Source: Acidimicrobiia bacterium (GTDB lineage: Bacteria > Actinomycetota > Acidimicrobiia > Spongiisociales > ZC4RG35). From it: a DNA stretch of 64,000 nucleotides. Position numbers and translations under genes: made by a program. Each line of letters opens with the position of its first letter. The stretch's first letter is position 1. Shown one piece after another: positions 1 through 7,087 of this stretch. Location: contig CBDBCY010000004.1 in the NCBI GenBank assembly GCA_965203555.1, positions 2,560,001-2,624,000 on the forward strand. The letters are read 5' to 3'. The notes below the pieces were generated by a model. That model worked only from the letters and a program-made list of their open reading frames with translations. It ran no database searches and had not been told where the DNA came from.

Positions 1-1203
1 GAGAAGGTGCTGGTGTTCACCGAGTACAGCGACACCGCCTCCTATGTGGTCCGGTCGCTCGAACAACGAGGCGTGCAGGCGATCGCCATGGTGACCGGCC
101 AAGTCGGGAGCGCCAGCGAGTTGGCTCGCCGGTTCTCTCCCGGCTCCCATCGGGGAGTGGTGGGATTGGAGGAGGGCGATGAGGAGTTGCGGGTGCTGGT
201 CTCAACGGATGTGCTGTCGGAGGGGCAGAACCTCCAGGATGCCCGGGTCGTCGTCAATTACGACCTGCCGTGGGCAATAGTGAAGCTCGTTCAGCGGGCC
301 GGCCGGGTGGACCGGATCGGCCAAGCCGCCGAGCAGGTGGTGCTCTACACCTTGCTCCCGTCCGATTCGGTCGAGGACGAAATAACCTTGCGCGGACGTA
401 TCCGCGATCGCTTGGAGGAGAACGCCCGGCTTCTGGGATCGGACGAGCAGTTTCTCGGCGACGAAAGGGAGCGGGAGATGATCACGGGTCTCTTCGACGA
501 GCACTCCGACTGGGATCTGGGAGATGGGGAGGATGTCGATCCGGTATCGATGGCCTATGAGATATGGCGGACCGCCGAACAGGAGCATCCCGAGTTGACG
601 AGACGAGTGGAGACCATGCCGAACGTGGTCTACGCCACCCTGCCCGCCGCCTCGGACGGCGACCGGAATCCCCGTCGGCCGGGAGTGCTGGTCCACTCCC
701 AGACGGTGACCGGGTCGGACTCCTTCGCCTTCGTGCGCCGGTCGGGGGAGGCCCGCCGGATCAGTCCGCAGGAAGCGTTGCGGACAGCCCGGTGCCAGCC
801 CGACAGTCCGGCGCGCCCGCCGTTGCCGGATCACCACGACCTGGTGGCCGCGGCCTTCGCCGGGCCGCTGACCACCCCGCCGGAGAAGGTGGCCGTGAAG
901 CCCACCGGAGTGCGTGGCCGGTGTTACGACAAGCTGAAAGCCCACATGTCCAATCCGCAGCTCAATCTGCTGATCACCGATGACGACCTGAACGCCGCGC
1001 TGGAAGACCTACGCCGGTTCCCGCTGCTGGAGGGGGCAACCCAGACCCTCGCCAAGGCGCTCCGAGAGCGCAAGCCCCCGGACCTCGCTCACCTGATCGT
1101 CAGTCTCCACCGGGACGGGCTGCTCTCCGCCTACCCGGACACCGGGTTCGCCCGACTCGAACCCCGTGTGATCTGCTCCATGGGACTCAGCCCGGACAAC
1201 TGA
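1..1203 (+). CDS. SNF2/SF2 helicase, C-terminal part (5'-truncated by window edge); probably restriction/defence associated
   Basis: HELICc motifs KVLVFTEYSDTA, LVSTDVLSEGQNLQ, VVNYDLPW, QRAGRVDRIGQ; frame is open from base 1. Confidence 0.85.
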   Translation, partial: EKVLVFTEYSDTASYVVRSLEQRGVQAIAMVTGQVGSASELARRFSPGSHRGVVGLEEGDEELRVLVSTDVLSEGQNLQDARVVVNYDLPWAIVKLVQRAGRVDRIGQAAEQVVLYTLLPSDSVEDEITLRGRIRDRLEENARLLGSDEQFLGDEREREMITGLFDEHSDWDLGDGEDVDPVSMAYEIWRTAEQEHPELTRRVETMPNVVYATLPAASDGDRNPRRPGVLVHSQTVTGSDSFAFVRRSGEARRISPQEALRTARCQPDSPARPPLPDHHDLVAAAFAGPLTTPPEKVAVKPTGVRGRCYDKLKAHMSNPQLNLLITDDDLNAALEDLRRFPLLEGATQTLAKALRERKPPDLAHLIVSLHRDGLLSAYPDTGFARLEPRVICSMGLSPDN

Positions 1204-1785
1204 CCCGAGTTTGGCGGGTGGTGTGGTGTTTTGCCTGGTCAGGGGGCATGCGCGTGGATAGTGTTTCCACTACATTTGGGGGTTTGGACCCCTTTTTAGG
1301 GTTGGGTGATGGTGGCTTTGTCCCAGGTGCGGGTGTCGACTCCGACGGCGGTGAGGGTCCGGGTTTGTAGTGGGGTGCGTCGGGTGGTGAGGGTGATCTG
1401 GTGTTTGTTGGTGGTCAGGTTCACCCGGCGGATGCGGTTGAGCATCCTTAGTGCCCGGTTGGCGGTGAGGTGTTGGTGGTTGAGGTCGGGATCCCGTACA
1501 TCGGCTGTGGTGAGAGCGCGGGTGATGAGCGTTTTGCATGAGGGCGGCGTAAACACAGACTGCCTTCGTGCCCGCGGACCCGTTGTTCGGTCCAGTGTCT
1601 TACCGGTCGCAGTCGTAGGAAGTCTTTGAGGACCCGGACTGGTCTCGACTGTTTGCAACTGCCGGTAGGCGGCCACGATTTGGGTGGTGTCGGCTTGGGC
1701 GGTGGTGAGACTGGTGGTGAGCACGTAGCGACCGGCCAGCAGCTTTTCATAGTCATGGTTGTCTTCGTTGTAGTGGTAGAGAAAT
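1204..1785 (-). mobile_element. IS1634-family transposase 3' remnant (frameshifted, 5'-truncated) with probable right end
   Basis: Pieces in different frames read FLYHYNED..YEKLLAGRYVLTTSL..IVAAYRQLQTVE, RVLKDFLRLRPVRHWTEQRVRGH, AVCVYAAL and TLITRAL..DPDL..RRTPLQ..LTAVGVDT; the end CCCGAGTT at 1204 resembles IS1634 termini. Confidence 0.75.
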
Positions 1786-1955
1786 GGGTCATCGGAATTT
1801 AGGGGGGAGTTGGGGAATCCGCCGTATGTGAGGGGGGTCCTCCATAATCGGGTTCCGGAACTTCGCCAACTACCGGATCAGAGCCCTCCTCTACGCCGGC
1901 AAACCCAACTGGAACCTCCTCCCAACCATCACTCCCCACTGAATTCCGAAGTGCC
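1786..1955 (+). mobile_element. Internally deleted miniature ISL3-family element with imperfect terminal inverted repeats
   Basis: 1850-1942 encodes GFRNFANYRIRALLYAGKPNWNLLPTITPH* (ISL3 transposase C-terminus); IRs GGGTCATCGGAATTT (1786-1800) and GAATTCCGAAGTGCC (1941-1955). Confidence 0.75.
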
Positions 1956-2013
1956 AGTTTTGTGCTGTCGGGTGAGGATGAGCGCCGGGCCTCGCCTTTC
2001 TTTGGCTGTTCTA

Positions 2014-2059
2014 TACTGTCGGTCTATATGGTTGTTTACTGTCGGTTTGTATGGTTGTT
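2014..2059. repeat. Imperfect 23-bp tandem repeat (2 copies) upstream of the surface-protein gene
   Basis: TACTGTCGGTCTATATGGTTGTT / TACTGTCGGTTTGTATGGTTGTT, 2 mismatches. Confidence 0.8.
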
Positions 2060-2215
2060 GTGCGGCGAACCGCACGACGGCACCGGTTATGTGACGAACG
2101 GGTTTCTTCATCGAGACCGAGTCGGGTTTGGCGTCGCCGAATCCGGCGAAGGCGCTGGTCGGCAGGACGGTGTCGAGTTGCCCAGCCCGAATTGGTGGAA
2201 AAAGGCGGTCACCGA

Positions 2216-3898
2216 TTGAGCCGGTTTCTGTCTGACGTGTCGTCGAGTGTGTGGCGGGCTTGCCTCTGGGCGCTGTTGTTGTCGGCCTCGGTGGCGGTGT
2301 TGTGGCTGCCGGTGGGTGGCGGCGCTCGGGCCCAGTCGGTGGTCGCTCCAACGATCGCGCATGTGGCGCCGGGTGACACGGAGTCGAGGGTGGCTTGGAC
2401 GGCGCCTGCGGGGGCGTCCGGGGTGGTGGCCTATGACGTGCGCCATATTCTGATCGGGTTGACCAATGGTGTTTCCTATGACGTGTCGGGGGTCGGGAAC
2501 AGCCTCCCCTCCGGGGAGTGGTCGGCTACCGCTTTGGGGACGCCGGGCGATGCCAACGGTAGGCCGTTCTTCACCGAAGGCGACTTCGCCACCCGTACCG
2601 TGCCGGAGAACACCGGCCCGGGCGTCGACGTCGGCGCGGTGGTGGGGGCCAGCGACCCCGACGACGATCCGCTTTCCTACAGGTTGGACAGCTTGGGCAA
2701 GGCCTTGTTCGATATGGTGGCGTCCACCGGCCAGTTGCAGACGAAGGTCTCGTTCGACTACGAGACGAGGAGGGTTTACTATGCGAGGGTTTTCGTGACA
2801 GACGAAAAGGGGGACGACGGCACGGCCGACACTATGGTCGACGATGTGATCATTTTGACTGTCGAGGTCACCGACGTGAACGAGCCTCCGATGGTGAGCG
2901 GACCGGTCCGCCCTGACGTTGCGGAGGGCCGCCGGGTCGTGGGCAGCGGCTATTCGGCCACCGACCCCGAGGGATCCACACCCTCTTGGTCGTTGTCCGG
3001 CGACGACGCCGCCCGTTTCGTCACGACCGTCACGAACGGTCTGTACCACCTGACCTTCGCGATGCCGCCCGATTTTGAGTCTCCGTCCGACGCTGATGGT
3101 GACAATGTTTACGAGGTGACGGTGGAGGCGTCCGACGGTGCGTTGGTGGGGACGCTGGACGTGGAGGTGATGGTCACCGACGTGAACGAGGTACCGAGCG
3201 GAGGTGGTGGGGGCGGTCCCACCGGCGGCGGTGGTGGTGGGGGTGGTCCGGTTGATGATGGTGGTGGTGGGTTGGAGGTGGCGCCTCCGCGGGCTTCCGA
3301 GTTGTTCGAGGACGTTCCCGAAGGGGTGTGGTACGAGTCGGCGGTGTCGTGGATGATTCTGCACGAGGTCACCCAGGGATGTTCTCCGACCCTGTTCTGT
3401 CCGGATGAGAAACTGACCCGTCAGCAGTTCGTGACGTTTTTGTGGAGAGCGGCCGGTAAACCCTCGGGTGAGTACACGGGATCGGAAGCGTTCTCCGATG
3501 TTGAGGAGGGGGTGTATTCGGACCGGGCGATCGGGTGGGCGGTGGCAGAGGAGATCACCTTGGGATGCACACAGGGTTCGTTCGGTACCGAGGACTGGAG
3601 GTTCTGTCCCACCGACCCGGTCACCCGCGGTCAGATGGCCACTCTGTTGTACCGGCACACCGAAGCCGACTACGTTGGCGCTCCGCCTTCCTATACCGAT
3701 GTGGCGCCCGACAGTTTCTACACGCCCGGTGTGTCCTGGTTGACCGATTTCGAAGTGGTGCCCGGTTGCGGTCCCGACGTGTTCTGCCCAGAGCGGCCCG
3801 CTACCCGCGCCGAGGCCGCCCTGTTCATCAACGGAGTGGCCATCCGCCCCCACATCTGGGGCGAAGGAAACACCAGCTTCATACCCGCCCCCGGCTAG
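2216..3898 (+). CDS. Secreted cell-surface protein: signal peptide, eroded FN3, two cadherin-like domains, Gly-rich linker, three SLH-like repeats
   Basis: Hydrophobic leader ending GARA-Q; cadherin motifs VPENT..ASDPDDDPLSY, FDYET, VTDVNEPP, PDFESPSDADGDNVYEV; SLH motifs F.DV....Y..A..W and GC..FCP...TR.Q.A.FLWR; start TTG 2216 is inferred. Confidence 0.85.
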   Translation: MSRFLSDVSSSVWRACLWALLLSASVAVLWLPVGGGARAQSVVAPTIAHVAPGDTESRVAWTAPAGASGVVAYDVRHILIGLTNGVSYDVSGVGNSLPSGEWSATALGTPGDANGRPFFTEGDFATRTVPENTGPGVDVGAVVGASDPDDDPLSYRLDSLGKALFDMVASTGQLQTKVSFDYETRRVYYARVFVTDEKGDDGTADTMVDDVIILTVEVTDVNEPPMVSGPVRPDVAEGRRVVGSGYSATDPEGSTPSWSLSGDDAARFVTTVTNGLYHLTFAMPPDFESPSDADGDNVYEVTVEASDGALVGTLDVEVMVTDVNEVPSGGGGGGPTGGGGGGGGPVDDGGGGLEVAPPRASELFEDVPEGVWYESAVSWMILHEVTQGCSPTLFCPDEKLTRQQFVTFLWRAAGKPSGEYTGSEAFSDVEEGVYSDRAIGWAVAEEITLGCTQGSFGTEDWRFCPTDPVTRGQMATLLYRHTEADYVGAPPSYTDVAPDSFYTPGVSWLTDFEVVPGCGPDVFCPERPATRAEAALFINGVAIRPHIWGEGNTSFIPAPG

Positions 3899-3940
3899 AC
3901 GGTCGCTTCCAAGGGGGAGGACAGAATCCTCGCCGGAGAC

Positions 3941-4241
3941 CCAAAGAGGGTCTGGGAAAAAACCCGGCTACTGGATCGAGCCGGTGTGCACCACTACCAC
4001 TACCGAAGGCCGTTGGCGCCATCACAGGCGATGGGGCCGGTACTGGCAGCGTGGAACCACCACAACCCACTGCACCAAGCGTGAGTGGGTGCCTGCGCGC
4101 ACCATCTTCTACATGGTGACTGTCCCGGCCACGACGGTAACCAGAACCGAGTGGATCGGTGGCTACTACCAGGAGAACCGCGTGTGGGTGCCTGGCTACT
4201 ACCAGACTCACAGCCGCTGGGTCGCGGGCTGCTACCGATAA
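3941..4241 (+). pseudogene. Fragment of a WXXGXW/YXWGXW-like repeat protein
   Basis: Repeats PGYW, WVPA, WIGGYY, WVPGYY, WVAGCY; upstream KRVW is reached only by a shift in the A-run at 3957-3962; no convincing start. Confidence 0.45.
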
Positions 4242-4246
4242 CGATC

Positions 4247-4316
4247 CACGGGGCCGCTGGAGCGGCGCCGAGATTCCAAGGCTCGGCCTGGCGGGTTCGA
4301 TTCCCGCCCCTCGTGC
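4247..4316 (+). ncRNA. Non-canonical tRNA-like cloverleaf (CCA in anticodon position, Trp-like; possibly a pseudo-tRNA)
   Basis: Acceptor CACGGGG/CCTCGTG; D arm CCGC-TGGA-GCGG; anticodon stem GCCGAG/CTCGGC with loop ATTCCAAGG; T arm GCGGG-TTCGATT-CCCGC. Confidence 0.6.
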
Positions 4317-4389
4317 TGCAAAGCAACAGGATTCCGAGGTGGCCGTCTACGTAGCGAGGCCGTTGCTATGGGCGCCACCGAGGTGACCA

Positions 4390-4875
4390 ATGAAGGAGTT
4401 GGGCCGGACTTCCCCACCGGTCATCAAGGTAGGCCGAATACCCGGTCTCCGGGAATGGGTAACCGGGATCGTCACCGGTAGGCTCAGTGCAGATGCTCGC
4501 GAACCAGGTCTGTTTCAATGTCGAACCGGGCGGTTATTCCAACTGCAGGGAGACTGCATAGCCCCCTCGGAGGAGTTAGCTGCGGACCTGTATCCGGCCC
4601 GTAATCCACTCGATTCCCCGGTCGGGACGAGGTTGTCGCCCACCCCGGAGACCCTGGAAGAATTGGCGAAGATGGCCGATTCGCTGTTCGTTCAGATGCC
4701 CACCGAGGAGCAAGTGCATTTTCTGAACGTGATCGCCGTGGAAAAGGCAGTCAGGGTCTTCAAACGGCTGGACCCCGCGCTGAGAAGTTTTCTGTTGGAT
4801 CGGATTCCTTCCGAAAGGAGGAAGGCTCTGGATGCCCACTGGGGTGACCAGACCGGGGTGACGCTATCCGCCTGA
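4390..4875 (+). CDS. Hypothetical protein with helical MgtE-N/FliG-like C-terminal part
   Basis: ATG preceded by GAGGTG; C-terminal pattern MPTEEQVHFL..IAVEKAVRVFKRLDPALRSFLLDRIPSERRKAL. Confidence 0.4.
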   Translation: MKELGRTSPPVIKVGRIPGLREWVTGIVTGRLSADAREPGLFQCRTGRLFQLQGDCIAPSEELAADLYPARNPLDSPVGTRLSPTPETLEELAKMADSLFVQMPTEEQVHFLNVIAVEKAVRVFKRLDPALRSFLLDRIPSERRKALDAHWGDQTGVTLSA

Positions 4876-5132
4876 CCTTTTCCCGGTCCGCATTCAAACA
4901 TGGCTACACGAGGGGGGATATAGAATCCGTACTGTATTTCCCTATCGGGGGAGCCACTGATCACCCGCGGAAAGGCAGGCGAACGGTGATCGGCTTCAGC
5001 CTGGACAACAATCCGATTGTGGTGATGATCGACTAGGAACGTGAGCTTGTTCTTCACGTGTCCCGATTCGAGAAGAAACACGAGTGGATGCTATGGAGAC
5101 GGTGGGAGGATACTCTTGAGAACTTCAGATGA
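4872..5132 (+). pseudogene. Decayed type II toxin-like gene (BrnT/RelE-superfamily-like), interrupted by an in-frame TAG
   Basis: Frame reads LTFSRSAFKHGYTRGDIESVL..TVIGFSLDNNPIVVMID*ERELVLHVSRFEKKH; TAG at 5034-5036; no in-frame ATG/GTG start. Confidence 0.5.
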
Positions 5133-6348
5133 TTCTCCACCAGGGGACGGCGAGGACGTCGGGCGTTATCCATTCCAGGGTTTCTCCGGTGTGGAGCAGT
5201 AGACCGGTCCTGGCCTTCTCGGCGTACTGGGTGCGGAAGGTGCGCAGATGTGTGGCGTGCCGCAGGCGGGGCCGCTTGGTGGATTTGACTTCGATCGGCA
5301 GCAGGCTGTCCCGCGTTTCGATTACTAAGTCGACTTCCTCGCCGGTGGTGGCGCGCCAGTGGAAGATCTCGGCGCGGCTGGTGCGGCTGTCACGCCAGCT
5401 CAGCAGATCCTGCAGGACGAGGTTCTCCAGGTGCGCTCCCCGCGGCGTCTCCTCCCCGCAGATGTGCATTGCCAACCCGGTGTCGGCCCAAAAGACCTTG
5501 GGTGCCTTGATCAGTCGCTTGGTCCGGTTGACTGCGTATGCCGGCAGTCGCACCAGCAGATAGGACATCTCCAGAAGATTCAGGTACCGGTGCGCAGTGG
5601 GCTGGGACAGGGCGGCGTCGCGACCGAGTTTCGACTGGTTGAGCAGTTGGCCGGTGCGTAGTCCGGCGACCCTCATCAGGCGCCGGAAGTCGGGCAGGGC
5701 GGCAATGGAGGAGAGCCTCTGCAAGTCCCGCTCCAGGTAGGTGCGGAGATAGCCGTCGAACCAGATCGCCCTCTGACGGTCCGAGTCGAGGTGGAGCGCC
5801 GGATCGGGGAAACCGCCCCGGCGGGCAAGGGCGCGCCAGTCGTCCGGCCGATCCGGGTGGGCCGCCACCAGGTCTGCCCAGTCCCGGTCCTCGGCGTGGA
5901 GCAACTCTTCCCAGATTCCTCCTCGCCCTTCGCCCCCCTGCTCCCGGCGGGTCATCGGCCACAACGTCAGGTATCCGGCGCGGCCGGCCAGAGACTCTGA
6001 GACCTTACGCATCAGCAGCAGGTTGGCCGATCCGGTCAGCAGGAACCTTCCGGGTTGCCGATCCTCGTCGATCACCTGTTTGACCGCGTGCAACAGGCCC
6101 GGTTCACGTTGCACCTCGTCGAGGGTCACCGGCTGGCGGCCTTCCAGGAGAACTCGCGGATCGCGACGCGCAAAATGCAGCACGTCCAAGTCGTCCAGCG
6201 AGTGGAAACGACGTTTGTCCGGTGTCAGCTGTTTGGCCAGGGTGGTCTTTCCCGTTTGCCGGGCGCCGGTCACCACCACCGCGGGCATCACCCCGAGTTG
6301 GTCGGCAAGAGCGGACTGAACCAGGCGCGGTAGCGTAGGTCTATTCAC
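5125..6348 (-). CDS. AAA_14 ATPase with DUF4143 C-terminal (PD-(D/E)xK-like) domain
   Basis: Walker A GARQTGKTT, Walker B LDEVQR, FLLTGSA, SESLAGR, KRLIKAPK, EVDLVIE..PIEVKS; GTG start 6348 inferred (ORF extends to 6366). Confidence 0.9.
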   Translation of the reverse strand: MNRPTLPRLVQSALADQLGVMPAVVVTGARQTGKTTLAKQLTPDKRRFHSLDDLDVLHFARRDPRVLLEGRQPVTLDEVQREPGLLHAVKQVIDEDRQPGRFLLTGSANLLLMRKVSESLAGRAGYLTLWPMTRREQGGEGRGGIWEELLHAEDRDWADLVAAHPDRPDDWRALARRGGFPDPALHLDSDRQRAIWFDGYLRTYLERDLQRLSSIAALPDFRRLMRVAGLRTGQLLNQSKLGRDAALSQPTAHRYLNLLEMSYLLVRLPAYAVNRTKRLIKAPKVFWADTGLAMHICGEETPRGAHLENLVLQDLLSWRDSRTSRAEIFHWRATTGEEVDLVIETRDSLLPIEVKSTKRPRLRHATHLRTFRTQYAEKARTGLLLHTGETLEWITPDVLAVPWWRII

Positions 6349-6353
6349 CAGCA

Positions 6354-6368
6354 GAATGATAATCATTC
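6354..6368. promoter_or_regulatory. Perfect 7-1-7 palindrome overlapping the putative -10 (TATCAT) of the ATPase gene
   Basis: GAATGAT-A-ATCATTC; on the minus strand TATCAT lies 7 nt before GTG 6348. Confidence 0.55.
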
Positions 6369-6476
6369 ATCCTGTAGATAATCCAACAAAAAGCGGACGA
6401 CTGGGAAGGGGGATCCAGGCTGTTCCTGCTCAGGGAGACGACTCGGGCCGAGGGGGCGGCACAGGAGTCCAAGGGG

Positions 6477-6549
6477 TGGGTCGCCGGGGACTCGAACCCC
6501 GAACCTGCGGGTTAAGAGCCCGTTGCTCTGCCAATTGAGCTAGCGACCC
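6477..6549 (-). tRNA. tRNA-Lys(CTT)
   Basis: GGGTCGCTAGCTCAATTGGCAGAGC..CGGG CT CTT AA CCCG..GGTTCGAGTCC..GCGACCCA. Confidence 0.95.
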
Positions 6550-6636
6550 GAACTCCATGATAGTGGGTCGGAATCGGCCCGTGGTTGTATAAAGAACTGG
6601 CGCGGTGTCACTGTTTTGTGCCAAAATGGGACACTA

Positions 6637-6710
6637 CGGGCTGTGGCGCAGCTTGGCAGCGCGCCTGCTTTGGGAGCAGGAGGTCGTCGGTTCAAATCCG
6701 ACCAGCCCGA
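6637..6710 (+). tRNA. tRNA-Pro(TGG)
   Basis: CGGGCTGTGGCGCAGCTTGG..CCTGC TT TGG GA GCAGG..GGTTCAAATCC..CAGCCCGA. Confidence 0.95.
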
Positions 6711-6773
6711 CGGGACGCAAAATGCCGATGATCGTCAAGGCAGGGGGCCGCTACCCTTGTCGTGGTGTTACTG

Positions 6774-6846
<73 letters not shown>

Positions 6847-6873
6847 GAGGGACTTCCCTTGGTGAGCGCCAGA

Positions 6874-6946
6874 GCCCCCGTAGCTCAGAGGACAGAGCAG
6901 GAGCCTTCTAAGCTCTTGGCCGGGGGTTCGAATCCTCCCGGGGGCG
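6874..6946 (+). tRNA. tRNA-Arg(TCT)
   Basis: GCCCCCGTAGCTCAG..GGAGC CT TCT AA GCTCT..GGTTCGAATCC..CGGGGGCG. Confidence 0.95.
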
Positions 6947-6966
6947 CCGGGGAGGTCCCCCTGCAT

Positions 6967-7045
6967 GGCGACCGTAGCTCAGTCAGGTTAGAGCGCCAGG
7001 TTGTGGCCCTGGAGGACGGGGGTTCAAGTCCCCTCGGTCGTCCCA
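6967..7045 (+). tRNA. tRNA-His(GTG)
   Basis: G-1, CCAGG TT GTG GC CCTGG anticodon arm, GGTTCAAGTCC, C discriminator and encoded CCA. Confidence 0.95.
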
Positions 7046-7087
7046 CATATCTCGTCGCGAGGTCCGGATGAACGAAGAACCTATCTT

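Noticed and set aside
2017-2061. TGTCGG copies as PafBC (RecA-NDp) promoter motifs
   Set aside because: The required TAnnnT 10 nt downstream is not present.
2135-2200. GCCGAATCC suggesting a c-di-AMP (ydaO) riboswitch
   Set aside because: The other conserved elements (GGAACC, GGGG, CAGCTAAC) are absent.
3199-3272. GGT/GGC-rich low-complexity tract as a CRISPR or repeat array
   Set aside because: It encodes the Gly-rich linker; there is no repeat-spacer structure. No CRISPR array or cas gene was seen anywhere in the window.
4247-5036. Idea that the tRNA-like element is a pyrrolysine/amber suppressor reading the nearby in-frame TAG
   Set aside because: The anticodon position reads CCA, not CTA; there is no pylS/BCD in the window; the proximity is probably coincidental.
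7001-7087. Extended N-termini in the ORF track (tig, mrdA, proB, trkA, mutase, pafA, pafC, flippase)
   Set aside because: The extensions overlap tRNAs or neighbouring genes; downstream starts fit family N-termini, SD sites or stop-start coupling.
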